Below, in pieces: positions 50,790-63,877 of a DNA stretch of 64,000 nt. The DNA is from Pristiophorus japonicus. Taxonomy: Eukaryota. The notes under the pieces are model-generated. The model was not told where the DNA came from. It worked only from the letters and a program-made list of their open reading frames with translations, and did no database searches. Position numbers and translations under genes: made by a program. Within the stretch, counting starts at the first letter, position 1. Each line of letters starts with the position of its first letter. The DNA is taken from positions 166,036,001-166,100,000 of the forward strand of contig NC_091991.1 in assembly GCF_044704955.1 (NCBI RefSeq). The letters run 5' to 3'.

Positions 50790-52005
50790 CTTTGTGACTG
50801 TGCCAAAGGTAAACTATCCCTCCTCATCCTCCTGACCTGTCTGCAGCCTTTAACACGGTTGACCATCCATCCTCCTCCAACGCCTCTCCACCACAGTCCA
50901 GCTGGGTGGGACTGCACTCGCCTGGTTCCATTCTTATCTATCTAATCATAGCCAGAAAATCACCTGAAATGGCTTCTCTTCCCACTCCCGCATTGTTACC
51001 TCTGGTGTCCCCCAAGGATCTATCCTTGGCCCCCTCCTATTTCTCATCTATGTGTTGCCCCTTGGCGATATCATCCGAAAACACTGCGTCAGTTTCTACA
51101 TGTACGCTGACGACACCCAGCTCTACCTCACCACCACTTCTCACGATCCCTCCATGGTCTCTAAATTGTTTGACTGCTTTTCCAACATCCAGTACTGGAT
51201 GAGCAGAAATTTTCTTCAATTAAATATCAGAAAGACCGAAACCATTGTCTTTGGATCCTGCCACAAACTGTGTTCCCTAGCCACCGACCTCATCCCTTTC
51301 CCTAGCATCTGTCTGAGGCTGAACCAGACTGTTCGCAACTTAGGTGTCATATTTGACCCTGAAATTAGCTTCCGGCCCTGAAATTAGCTTCCGGCCACAT
51401 ATCCGTGGCATAACTAAAACCACCTATTTGCACCTCCGTAACATTGCCTGCCTCCGCCCCTGCCTCAGCTCATCTGCTGCTGAAGCCCTCATCCATAATA
51501 GAGTCGATTACCTCTAGACTTGACTATTCCAACGCACTCCTGGCTGGCCTCCCACATTTTACCCTACGTAAACGTGAGGTCATCCAAAACTCGGCAGCCC
51601 GTGTCCTAACTCGCACCAAGTCCTGCTCACCCATCACTCCTGTGCTCGTTTACTTACATTGACTCCCGGTTAAGCAACGCCTCAATTTCAAAACTCTCAT
51701 CCTTGTTTACAAATCCCACCGTGACTTCGCCCCTTCCTATCTCTGTAATCTCCTTCAGCCTCACAACCCTCCGAGATGTCTGCGCTCCTCAAATTCTGCC
51801 CTCCTGAGCATCCCTGATTATAACTGCTCAACCATTGGTGGCCGTGCCTTCAGCTGCCTAGGCCCCAAGCTCTGGAACTCCCTCCCTAAACCTCTCCACC
51901 TCTCTATTTCACTTCCCTCCTTTAAGACGCTCCCTAAAACTTACCTCTTTGACCAAGCTTTTGGTCAGCTGCCGTAATTTCTTCTTATGTGGCTCGGTGT
52001 CAAAT
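50790..52005 (+). mobile_element. L2 LINE ORF2 fragment (RT to near 3' end)
   Basis: SGVPQGSILGPLLF, YADDTQLY, VRNLGVIFD, SRLDYSNALL. Confidence 0.9.
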
Positions 52006-52354
52006 TGGGTCTCAGCTGTCATGCCCCCATGGTCAAAATACTTAAGTGCACACACAACGAGTTGGTGAGGTACCAGTGGGCGCCTGGTGCCAGTGGAACC
52101 AGACCCCAGCTAGAGTCAGTGTCTTTAGGAGAGAAGGGGGAAAAAATGGCAGAAAATGATAAGAGTAACAGATCTGCTGTGCCGTTCCTTGGCAAGCACC
52201 ATGAGTGCATATCGCAAAAATTGCACACTCCCAGCCTAATATTCTCCATCCATTAAAGTTAATGGAGCAATGCTGCAGGATCCTTATGCGTTGTTAATGC
52301 TGGAGTCCATTCAGAGTGAATCCGTCATCAATGACAGTACCTTTTAAAATTATA

Positions 52355-52640
52355 AACAGAAAATGCTGGAAATACTCAGCAGGTCAGGCAGCATCTGCGG
52401 AGAGATCAACGTTTCAGGTCGATGACAACAACTTGCATTTAAATAGCGCCTTTAACATGGTAAAACATCCGAAAGCGCTTCACAGGAGCATTATGAAACA
52501 ACATTTGACAGAATCTGATGAAAGGTCATGGACCTGAAGCGTTACCGCTCATTCTCTCTCCACAGATGCTGCCCGACTTGCTGAGTATGTCCAGCATTTT
52601 CTGTTTTTATTTCAGATTTCAAGCATGCACGGTACTTTGC
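52355..52640. mobile_element. Palindromic PLE-derived repeat with hammerhead core, interrupted by an L2 tail (52427-52508)
   Basis: 52355-52426 is an inverted copy of ~52525-52606; CTGATGA-A-AGGTC-atg-GACCT-GAAG-CGTT at 52515-52543. Confidence 0.7.
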
Positions 52641-53160
52641 TCTGGTTACAGTACCTTTTTGATTCATTTTGCACCCTGACTTGACTTACTTTCTTCCACC
52701 TACACCAGAGCATGCAAGAAATCTCTTCTGGGATACTGACAGTATAATGGATGTTTTATTATATAATGGATGTTAAGAGTGAATATTAACTGAGGAATTC
52801 TTTGTGATCATTAATTCAATTGAACTTTTAATTGAATTTAGTTTGAATTAAAATTTCACTGGGACTACGACTTCAAGGACATCTTCATGATGATTATGCC
52901 AAAGGACAGCTGTATGGGACATGTTCCGTGAGTAATCTGAATTCTGTAACAATTAAAATATCTGTTGTGGCATCAATTCCTACCATAATAGAGGTAACAG
53001 TAACAGTTAATACTGTTCAGATTTTGGGGCTGATTCTAAAGCCAGTCAGAATAGACAACACTGAGGTGGATATAGGGACACTTCAGCTGTCTAACCATTT
53101 TTAGGTAAAACCCGATTGTGGAATCACCCAATGCATCACATGGTGTGGCACTTAGCCATT

Positions 53161-53575
53161 AGAAAGAAAAACTTGCATTTATATAGCGCCTTTCATGACC
53201 TCAGGGCGTCTGAAAGCACTTTACAGCCAGTTAAATACTTTTCAAGTGTAGTCACTGTTATAATATAAGAAACACGGTACCCAATCTGAGCACAGCAAGC
53301 TCCCACAAACAGCAATGTGATCATGATCATTTAATTTGTTTTAGCGATTTTGGTTGTGGGATAAATATTGGCCAGGACACCGGGGAGAACTCCCCTGCTC
53401 TTCTCTGAAATAGTGGCAGGGGATCTTTTACGGCCACCTGAGAGAGCAGACATGGCCTTAGTACGGCACTGGAAGTATCAGCCTCAATTTTTGTACTCAA
53501 GTTTATGGTGTGGGATGACAAACCCACAACCTTCTGACTGAGAGGTGAGAGTGCTCCCACTGAACCACGGCTGAT
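53161..53575 (-). mobile_element. SacSINE1/DeuSINE-type SINE
   Basis: Head, Deu-like body and tail all present. Confidence 0.8.
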
Positions 53576-54487
53576 AATTTGTTAGTTGCTACTCTATGCT
53601 GAGTTAGTTGATGACAATGGATGTGTTACAATTGCCTTGGGGTGTAGTGGTGGAGAAATTAGTCAGGATTTCCACGCCTCATCACTGTTTAGTGGCTCCT
53701 ATTCGAAACTGCTCGTATGGTGAGTCAAAGGTTCAATTTGACTACTAGGCTTCCTGTGGTTAAAACAGCCTGCCAACACTCGCTGTCCAAGCTGACACAT
53801 GGCCACTTGAGAGAGCTACGTGAGGGTTTCCTGTGGAACAGTAACCCAACGTGAGTCACTGTCTCCCAAAGTGTGAGCGCTCTCGAGTACAAATGTTATC
53901 ATTTTCTTTTCATGCTAATAGAATTGAAATTCATTTTCAGACACTTCTAGCTAGAGGTGAGCACAGTACTATTCTAAAGGTACAGCTCCAGATCCCCCAC
54001 TCCCCGAACATGTATATGGTTCAATTGAACCCATCCACAAGTTTAGCTTGGCTTAGCTTTCTGAAAGGGACCAGTACTGGCTTTAGGTGCAAGCAACCAA
54101 AGGCAACTGCCCAGGGGAGCCACTAGGCTAAATATTGGTGGTCTGTGATCCAGATGAAGGAGGGAAGGGGAGGGGCCCAGCCTTTAGCCTCTGTCCAGGA
54201 CCCCTACGAGTCTAATGCCAGCACTGAAAGGGACTCTGGCTTTAAGAAAATGTTTTTGTCAATAAGAACTATACATGAATAATGGCAAATTGAAGGGTAA
54301 CCAACACGCAACTGTATGCCCATGAAGCAAACACAATGGCAAAAAAAGAAGAGAAAAATACCTTTTTTTAAGAACTGGAAACAACCAATCTGTTATAACA
54401 TGTTATATATTTATTTTACTGTCTCTTATGATGCCATTTTATAGTGAGCATAATTGCATAAGAATTGGACTTCTAACCAATTTGTAA

Positions 54488-55759
54488 AAGAAAGAAAGAC
54501 TTGGATTTATATAGCACCTTTCATGACCATCATCATAGGCAGTCCCTCGGAATCGAAGAAGACTTGCTTCCACTCTAAAATGAGTCCTTAGGTGGCTGAA
54601 CAGTCCAATACGAGAACCACAGTCCCTTTCACAGGTGGGACAGATAGTCGTTGAGGGAAGGGGTGGGTGGGGAGTCTGGTTTGCCGCACGCTCTTTCAGC
54701 TACCTGCGCTTGGTTTCTGCATGCTCTCGGCGATGAGACTAAAGGTGCTCAGCGCTCTCCCGGATGCTCTTCCTCCACTGAGGGCGGTCTTTGGCCAGGG
54801 ACTCCCAGGTGTCAGTGGGGATGTTGCACTTTATCAGGGAAGCTTTGAGGGTGTCCTTGTAACATTTCCTCTGCCCACCTTTGGCTCGTTTGCCGTGAAG
54901 GAGTTCCGAGCAGAGCGCTTGCTTTGGGAATCTTGTGTCTGGCATGCAAACAATGTGGCCTGCCCAGCAGAGCTGATCAAGTGGTGGTCAGCGCTTCAGT
55001 GCTGGGGATGTTGGCTTGTAGGATCTTACGGAGACATCGTTGGTGGTATTTCTCCAGCGACTTGAGGTATATACTGTACATGGTCCACGTCTCTGAGCCA
55101 TACAGGAGGGTGGGTATTAGTACAGTCCTGTAGACCATGAGCTTGGTCGCAGATTTGAGGGCCTGGTCTTCAAACACTCTTTTCCTCAGGCGGCTGAAGG
55201 CTGCACTGGCGCACTGGAGGCGGTGCTGAATCTCGTCGTTAATGTCTGCTCTTGTTGATAAGAGTCTCCCGAGGTATGGGAAATGGTCATGACCACCAGA
55301 TGTCTCAAAGCACTTTATAGCCAATGAAGTACCTTTGAAGTACCTTTGTAGGTAGCCACTGTTGTAAGGTAGGAAACACGGCAGCCAATTTGCACACAAG
55401 CAAGCTCCCACAAACAGCAATGTGATAATGAGCAGATAATCTGTTTTTTTGTCATGTTGACTGAGCAATAAATATTGCCCAGGACACCGGAGATAACTCC
55501 CCTGCTGTTCTTTGAAATAGTGCCATGGGATCTTTTATGTTCACTTGAGAGAGCAGACGGGGCCTTGGTTCAACGTCTTATCTGAAAGATGGCACCTCCA
55601 ACACTGGAACGTCAGCCTAGATTTTTTTGTGCTCAAGTCCCTGGAGTGGACTTGAGCACAAATCATCATCATCATCATCGGCAGTCCCTCGGAATCGAGG
55701 AAGACTTGCTTCCACTCTAAAAATGAGTTCTTAGGTGACCACTGAGCCACAGCTGACAC
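54488..55759 (-). mobile_element. SacSINE1/DeuSINE-type SINE split by two RTE insertions (54530-55286 and 55664-55738)
   Basis: The first RTE is flanked by 9-bp TSD TCATGACCA (54521-54529, 55287-55295). Confidence 0.85.
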
Positions 55760-55825
55760 CAGAACCTGAAATGACCAAACCTAATTCACAGTTGAGGGTT
55801 CCGTCTTTCAAATGAGATGTGTGTC

Positions 55826-56725
55826 ATTCAGTGGCCCAGTGAGGAGCACCCTCATCTCTGAGTCAGAAGGTTGTGGGTTCAAGTCCCACTCCAGAGACTT
55901 GACCACAAAAATCTAGGCTGACATTCCCAGTGCAGTGTTGAGGGAGTGCTGCATGCCGGAGGTGCTGATTTTCTGATGAGATATTAAACCGAGGCCCCGA
56001 CTGCTCTCTCAAGTGGATGTAAAAGATCCTATGGAATTTCAAAGAAGAGTAGGGGAGTTATCCCAGTGTCCTAGCAAATATTCCATCATCATAGGCAGTC
56101 CCTCAAAATCGAGGAAGATTAGGAAGACTTGCTTCCACTCTAAAAGTGAGTTCTTAGGTGACTGAACAGTCCAATACGGGAATTACAGTCTCTGTCACAG
56201 GTGGGACAGACAGTCGTTAAAGGAAAGGGTGGATGGGGAGTCTGGTTTGCCGCAATCTCCTTCCGCTGCCTGTGCTTGTTTTCTGCATGCTCTCGGCGAC
56301 GAGACTTGAGGAGCTCAGCATCCTCCTGGATGCTCTTCCTCCACTTAGGGCGGTCTTTGGCCAGGGTCTCCCAGGTGTTGGTGGGGATGCTGCATTTTAT
56401 CAAGGAGGCTTTGAGGGTGTCCTTGAAACGTTTCCTCTGCCTACCTGGGACTCGCTTGCCGTGTAGGAGTTCTGAGTAGAGCGCTTGCTTTGGGAGTCTT
56501 GTGTCAGGCAAGTGAACAATTTATCCCTTAATCAACATAACAGAAACAGATTATATGGTCATTATCACATTGCTGCTTGTGGGAGCTTGATGTGCACAAA
56601 TTGGCTGCTGCCTTTCCTACATTACAACAGTAACTACACTTCAAAAGGATTTCATTTGTACATAAATCACTTTGGGACTTCCTAAGGTCATGAATGGCGC
56701 TATATAAATGCAAGTCTTTCTTCAT
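55826..56725 (+). mobile_element. SacSINE1/DeuSINE-type SINE split by a minus-strand RTE 3' fragment (56084-56510)
   Basis: SINE resumes at TTTATCCCTTAATCAAC after the RTE piece. Confidence 0.85.
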
Positions 56726-57361
56726 CTTTAGGTTTAGCTGAGGTCCCGATTGCCCTCTCAAAGTGGATATCAGGCTCATCATTTGCCTGTTAAGTGGCGG
56801 ATTTAAGTTCCACCCCTGACAAGACGATGTGGATAGTGGTAGAAGCAGGGGATAGCTGACATAACCAGAGCTTCCCCGTTACCTTGGGGTTCCACCAGTC
56901 AGGAGCAGGAGCAGGAGAAGGAGGAGGATGATGATCATTTTACACTCCCAGCCACCAGCTCCTCAAGGTTGATCAGCAAGGCTATTTGCAATGTGCCCCC
57001 AGTGCAAGTCAGCAGCCTTCCACCAGCCATGCTGCAGCACTGCATGACATCAGAAGGATAGGTAAAGGCGCACACAAGATAGTCACTAAGGGAATGTATA
57101 AGAGTGATGAGTTGATTTCTTATGGTCATATTGGATGGATAGATGTATAAAGTTGGATTGGAAGGTTTGCTTTGTGGTGGCTTTTATTTCAGTATTATGG
57201 CCAAGAGGATGCTGTGATGGTCAGTCACAGAGGGAAGGTAAGGTGTGGGACAAATGGTAAAAGGGGAATTGGGTTTGTGGTCACTGGTACCACAGGTGGA
57301 TGATTCCATCCTGAATATCCCAGCCAGAAAGGGGCTGCCTGGGTTGTATCCTTCCGTCTGT

Positions 57362-57720
57362 TTCTTCCTCTCTGTGCCTTCCTCTCTGTGCCTTCCTCTT
57401 CTGCGCCTTCCTCTCTGTGCCTTCCTCTTCTGCGCCTTCCTCTCTGTGCCTTCCTCTCTGTGCCTTCCTCTCTGTGCCTTCCTCTCTGTTTCTTCCTCTC
57501 TATGCCTTCCTCTCTGTGCCTTCCTCTCTGTGCCTTCCTCTCTGTGCCTTCCTCTTCTGCGCCTTCCTCTTCTGCGCCTTCCTCTCTGTGCCTTCCTCTC
57601 TGTTTCTTCCTCTCTGTGCCTTCCTCTTCTGTGCCTTCCTCTCTGTGCCTTCCTCTCTGTGCCTTCCTCTTCTGCGCCTTCCTCTCTGTGCCTTCCTCTT
57701 CTGCGCCTTTCTCTTCCTCT
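57362..57720. repeat. Pyrimidine-rich minisatellite, 14/15-bp units TTCCTCTCTGTGCC / TTCCTCTTCTGCGCC
   Basis: About 25 tandem units directly visible. Confidence 0.95.
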
Positions 57721-59186
57721 GAGTGGATGCTGTAAATCTGCAATAAATGCATAAAATGTTTGAAATACTCAGCAGGCCAGCCAGCATCTCAACCTGAGAC
57801 CTGAACTCTGTTTCTCTCTCCATGGATGCTGCCTGACCTGCTGAGTATTTGCAGCATTTTCTGTCTTCTCAGAGGCCTTCTTTTATCATATGAGGCCTTG
57901 ACGCATCCAGCAGCACACCCTGCATGCTTATGTAATGCAGCAAGCTACTCCTTCAATAAAATTGAAAAAAAATCCAGTCCAAAAGCTTAAATACAAACTT
58001 ACCTGAAAGATGTGTGTGTCCCTTTAGGAGGTGTTGACAGCACCTTTGTCACTCTGTTGAATGCTGGTTTTTCATGGTAAGCTTCGGACCCAGTGTTGCA
58101 CTCACACTAACTACGCTGAGGTAACGGTAAGTCGGCGACATTACCCTCATCGCATTTACACTTTCAGCGGCAGCACTTTTACCGGTTGCGCTGCCAGCCG
58201 TCGCAAAATGGCGGACGCCGCGGGACTGCCACCAGCTGCCGGAAGACCGGCGGCCGACATTTTTTTCCCCATCTTATGCCGGAAATAGGTGTCGTTCAAC
58301 ACCCAAATTCCTAGCCCTTAAAGCTTACCCACTTCCTGGTTCACTGTCTGTGAGAATTCTGTGTTTTGATTGGCTGCTTAGACAGCTTGTTGATGTCACA
58401 GCAGCTCGCACAAGGGGATCCCCACTAAACTCCATTGATTGAATTGAACATTGGAAAAACCAAACTTCTCGGCACAGAAATTGCAAGATCTTTGTGCAAA
58501 ACGTACTTGGGGCCAATGGTGAATGCCTTTGCTTTGCCGCTGACCGCAAATTCTGGGCCATGATTTATTAGTTCAAAGTCTTCCACAGTCTCCTTGTTAG
58601 AACTAATAATCATATTATACAAAAGCAAAATACACGAGAAAACATTGACACCCACAGGAACCAACAATGCTGGCCAATAGATGGGATATTCATTTATATT
58701 TTGTAAAGCCATTAATATTTTTTTACAACTTTTACAAAAATCCATGGTATAAATAAATGATTACAGCTCAATGCTCTCAATTTATTATTGCAAAGCCACA
58801 CACAATTAAACTCTGGTTAATTAGGTCAAACACGTTAAGAAATAGAAACAGAGAATCCCATTGAGGTTCACAACTTGTTCCAGCTAAGAACACTGTGGCA
58901 ATACCTACTAATGAGTTTCCACAGATGGAACAATTGAAGATGTTTGCAGTCACTTGATGCTCTCAAATGGAAAATATGAAATTAAATCAGAGGTATCTAT
59001 GGATCAGACCTTTGAGACCTCCTGAGGTCTGGGGAATAATGGAATGAAGGCTTTGGTCTGGGCTGCAGTGATACCACAGTGCTGGTCTCAGACAGGCAGC
59101 GATAGAGAGAGAAGCACAACCAATAACACCTAGATTATACTGTGATTTGAATGCTGCCTGATAGGAGAGAACGTTACACGTATGAT

Positions 59187-59258
59187 ACACATACACAAAC
59201 AAACACGCGCACATATATATATACACGTACACATATACAAACATACATACACACACAC
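59187..59258. repeat. Compound (CA)/(TA) microsatellite
   Basis: Directly visible. Confidence 0.85.
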
Positions 59259-59561
59259 AGGTCCACTCCCCAGTGACTATTTTTAATGCGAGGAGAGAGA
59301 GTTTGTCTTTCTCATAACATTAAGGAGAATCACTATCAAGTGCCCAGAAATCTAAGTGCAAAGCCAGGTGTGAGATGGCCTCTGTACAGGGTCTCACACT
59401 GCGTGGCTTTAGCAGCCCAGAAAATCTTATCAGGAACCACCGCCTGAGTCATACAGTCAATTTTACGTCAGCATGCATTCAGAACCACTGCACACTGTGT
59501 AAGAATGATATTAATGATAAAATTGATTCTATGTATGTATAAATGTTAAAAGTGTAGATTA

Positions 59562-62500
59562 TCATCATCATCATCATCATAGGCAGTCCTTCCGAATCGA
59601 GGAAGACTTGCTTCCACTCCTAAAGTGAGTTCTTTGGTGGTTGAATAGACCAATATGAGAGCCACAGACCCTGTTACAGGTGGGACAGACATTCGTCGAG
59701 GGAATGGGTGGGTGGGACTGGTTTGCCGTGTGCTCCTTCCATTGCCTGCGCTTGATCTCTTCACGCTCTCGGCATTGAGACTCGAAGAGCTCAACGCCAT
59801 CCCTGATGCACTTTCTCCACCTAGGGCAGTCTTGGGCCAGGATCTCCCAGGTGTCAGTGGTGATGTCGCACTTTACCAGGGAGGCATTGAAGGTCCTTAT
59901 AACGTTTCCGCTGTCCTCCTTTGGCTCGTTTACCATGAAGGAGCTCCGCATAGAACATTTGCTTTGGGAGTCTCGTATCTGGCATGCGAACTATGCGACC
60001 TGCCCAGCGAAGCTGATCGAGTGTGGTCAGTGCTTCAATACTGGGGATCTTAGCCTGGACGAGGACATTGATGTTGGTGCGTCTGTCCTCCCAGGGGATT
60101 TGCAGGATCTTGCGGAGACATCGTTGGTGATACATCTCCAGCGACTTGAGGTGCCTTCTATACATTGTCCATGCCTCAGATCCATACAGGATGGCGGATA
60201 TTACTACAGCCTTGTAGACCATGAGCTTGATGGTAGATTTGAGGGCCTGGTCTTCGAACACTCTTTTCCTCAGACGACCGAAGGCTGCACTGGTGCACTG
60301 GAGGCGATGCTGAATCTCCGCATCAACGTCTGCCTTTGTTGATAGGAGGCTCCCGAGATATGGGAAATGGTCCACGTTATCGAGGGCCATGCCGTGAATC
60401 TTGATGACTGGAGGGCTGTGCTGTGTAGCGAGGACAGGCTGGTGGAGGACCTTTGTCTTACGGATGTTAAGCGTAAGGCCTATGCTTTCATATGCCTCGG
60501 TGAATACATCGACTATATCCTGGAGTTCAGCCTCCGAATGTGCGCAGACGCAGGCGTCGTCCGCATACTGCAGCTCAACGACAGAGGTTCGGGTGATCTT
60601 AGACCTGGCCTAGAGCTTCCCACTGGTTCTGTAGTTTAGGTCCACTCCAGCGGGGATCTTGTTGACTGTGAGGTGGAGCATGGTGGCGAGGAAGATTGAG
60701 AAGAGGTTGGAGCGATGACGCAGCCCTGTTTGACCCCGGTCCGGGCCGTGAATTGGGTCTGTAATGGATCCGTTGGTAAGGATCATGGCCTGCATGTCGC
60801 CATGGAGCAGGCGAAGGATTTTGGCAAATGTTTGGGGGCATCCGAAACGGAGGAGGATGCTCCATAGACCCTCACGGCTGACAGTGTCAAAGGCCTTTGT
60901 AAGATCGAAAAAGGCCATGTATAAGGGCTGGCGCTGCTCCCTGCATTGTTCCTGTAGCTGTCGCGCTGCAAAGATCATGTCTGTTGTGCACCGTAGGGGA
61001 CGAAATCCGCACTGTGACTCCGGGAGGAGCTCCTCAGCCACAGGGAGAAGACAGTTGAGGAGGACAACGTTCCCAGTGGCTGATAGCAGGGAAATTCCCC
61101 TGCAGTTGCTGCAATTGCACTTGTTCCCTTTTTAAAAAATGGTCACGATCACTGCATCTCTAAGGTCTCCGGCATGCTCTCCTCCCTCCAGATGAGAGAG
61201 ATGAGGTCATGTATCCGTGCCAACAGCGCCTCTCCGCCATAGTTTAGCGCCTCAGCAGGGATTCCATCCGCACCCGTAACCTTGTTATTCTTGAGCTGTT
61301 TTATGTCTTTGCCTACCTCGTGCAGCGTTGGAGTTTCACTGAGTTGGTGGCGGGTCGCATGCTGCGGGATGGAGTCGAGAACACTCGAGTCAAAGACAGA
61401 GTCTCGATTGAGGAGATCTTCAAAGTGCTCTTTCCATCGGGCCCTGACAGCCTCGGTGTCCTTGATGAGTGTTTCCCCGTTCTTGGCCAGGAGTGGGGTG
61501 GGCCTTGGGAGTTTGGACTGTAGGTGGCCTTGACTGCAGCGAAGAATCCTCGCATATCGTGGCTGTCGGACAGTTGTTGTATCTCCTGTGCTTTCTCCAT
61601 CCACCACCTGTTCTTTAGGTCCCGGGTTTTTTGTTGGACCTGAGCCTTGAGCCGTCTGTAATGTTGTTTTGCAGCTCCCGAGTTGGGTTGTTGCTTGAGG
61701 CTCAGAAATGCTTTGCACTTGTGATCTATAAGTTCTTGGATCTTCTAATTATTTTCATCAAACCAGTCCTGGTGTTTTCTGGTTGAGTGACGTGTCTCTT
61801 CACAGGCACTAGTTATAGAGGCCTGGAGGGCAGACCAAGCGCTGTGGGCATTCAGCATTTCAGGGTCATCAAGGCACGCCAGATTAGCTGTGAGGCGCTG
61901 GCTGTATAGGGCTATCTTAGCTGGGTCTTTAAGTGTCCTGGCATTAAGTTTTTTGCAACACTGCTTCTGCTGTCCCCTCTGCTTTGGGGCAATGTTAATG
62001 TCGATGATGGATCGGATTAGGTGGTGGTCCGTCCAGCAGTCATCAGCTCCTGTCATGGCGCGGGTGATGCGCACATCCTTGCAATCCTGGCTCGGACGAT
62101 GACATAGTCGAGCAGGTGCCAGTGTTTGGAGCGAGGGTGTTGCCACGATGCCTTATATTTGTCTCTCTGGCGGAACAGGGTATTGGTGATGCGGAGTTCA
62201 TGTTCTAGACATTTGTCAGGAGGAGGGTACCGCTGGAGTTGGTTTTCCCTACCCCTCTCTGCCAATTACGCCTCCCCAGAGGGCTGTGTCTTTGCCGACC
62301 ATGGCATTAAAGTCACCAAGGGGATTCAATTTGTCGTCCGTGGGGACACGGAACAAGGATGTCTTGAGGTTGGAATAAAAACCTTCTTTAGCCTCATTCG
62401 TTGCATCGAGTGTAGGGGCGAACGCACTGATGACTATGGTGCATTGGTTCCGGGATAGGGTAAAATGAAGAGTCATGAGGCGTTCGTTAGCCCCGCAGGG

Positions 62501-63173
62501 GGAGCCTTTGAGGCGGTCAACCAGTTCATTCTTGACGGCGAAGCCGACTCCGTGAAGGCGGCGTTCTACCTCTGGTTTTCCTTTCCAGAAAAGGGTATAA
62601 CTTCCACCATGTTCCTTCAGCTGGCCTTCCCCTGCCCGCCGGGTCTCGCTTCAGGCGGCAATGTCAATGTCAAAACGTCTGAGTTCCTGGGCAACTATGG
62701 CGGTGTGGCGTTCCGGCCTCTTGCTGTTGGAATTGTCCACGAGAGTCCGGACGTTCCATGTCCCGAACTTCATATTAGCAAAGTGGAAGATGCCTGTGTG
62801 TGAGTTCTTTTAACGTGGGGTGGCCGCTGCACACCGCAACCACACGGGCTTAGCTGAGCAAGGTCTTGGTCCAGTGGCAAGGGGGTCCAAGACAACTGGA
62901 GACCAGGCATAGCTGTATGAGCCTAATCGCCTACGGCGAGGTGTTGGCCGCAAGCTCGCCGTCGAATAGCGCCATTGATGGTAGATGGCCCGAGGCTTGG
63001 TTGGGGGGCAAGATTTGGAAGGTCACTTCCAAAGTTATTTTAGAAGTTTTAAAGTATTTCCAAATTGTTTAAAAAGATTAAGAGTTGATTAAAAGTTGAT
63101 AAAAATTCGCAATTTATTTTAAAAGTTTCTAAAGGTTGTTAAATAATCAAAGATGTCGATCAATAATAGGTAT
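59562..63173 (-). mobile_element. Near full-length RTE/BovB-like LINE, decayed
   Basis: 5'UTR, single ORF, (ATG)n tail; imperfect ~35-bp direct repeat on both flanks. Confidence 0.92.
59577..62773 (-). pseudogene. RTE ORF (APE endonuclease, reverse transcriptase, C-terminal zinc finger), frameshifted
   Basis: MKFGTWNVRTL, LGDFNA, WTDHHLI, PESQCGFR, FFDLTKAFDTV, LQYADD, FPYLGS, CPTCNRVC..H..TH. Confidence 0.92.
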
Positions 63174-63226
63174 TTCTGTGTATGTATAATGTTAATAAAA
63201 GTGTCGATTATACGGAAAAGCTGCAG

Positions 63227-63704
63227 TGTTGAAACAAAATGGAAGCTCACAGACCTCCAGCATGGTTTTTGTGTATTATGTTAATTGGAAAGCAATTAAC
63301 CTAATCAAGGGATGGCTGGGCCAGTCCAACAGTCACATGCGTGAGGAGAGCTAATAAGGAACTGCCCTGGAACCAAGATCCAATTCTGGGGCTTTCTGAA
63401 GAAGAATGCACTTAAGGAATATTAAAACGCAAGCAGAGATTGCTCTGTCTCTCCTCTCCTGGACACACGACAAGACCTCCCGCTCAAAGACCAGTCGAAA
63501 CAGCAGGCCGTCTGTTCAGCCAGCCAGCCAGAAGAAAGTGACGTATACCTTTTTATAAATCATTATTGTAACATTATATCTGTTGTAACTATTAGACACT
63601 GCTGATAAATGTGCATGAGTGTATGTTTTAATAAACTGTTCCGAGTTGTTTTAAAAGAATCAGTCTCCCTATCAATTTAATGCCAGGCATTTAGAAATCT
63701 TACA
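63227..63704 (+). mobile_element. Possible solo LTR
   Basis: TG...TTACA ends with AATAAA about 70 bp from the end; no TSD and no second copy found. Confidence 0.35.
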
Positions 63705-63877
63705 ACTGATGCAAAGTGTCAGAATAACTGTAGTCTTGAAATTAAGTCTCAGTGCCACATCCTGCTAAGGTATCTTTTTAACTAGTGAAAAGGATTCTAT
63801 TGTCCCTTCATCTAGGCTGCTTGTAAATTATGGGTCTGTTACATTCATGATCGTCATTGCTCTCAATAATGATGATA

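Noticed and set aside
55970-55992. CTGATGA as another hammerhead core
   Set aside because: Degenerate SINE word (CGGATGAGACG in other copies) with no stem II or GAAA
57225-57823. Glu/Arg-rich and Leu/Cys-rich ORFs
   Set aside because: Translations of the 14/15-bp minisatellite on both strands
62774-63033. HDV-like ribozyme in the RTE 5'UTR
   Set aside because: Such ribozymes are known in some RTEs, but I could not fit the P1-P2-P3-P1.1-P4 order by eye; only hairpins and a simple pseudoknot candidate are visible
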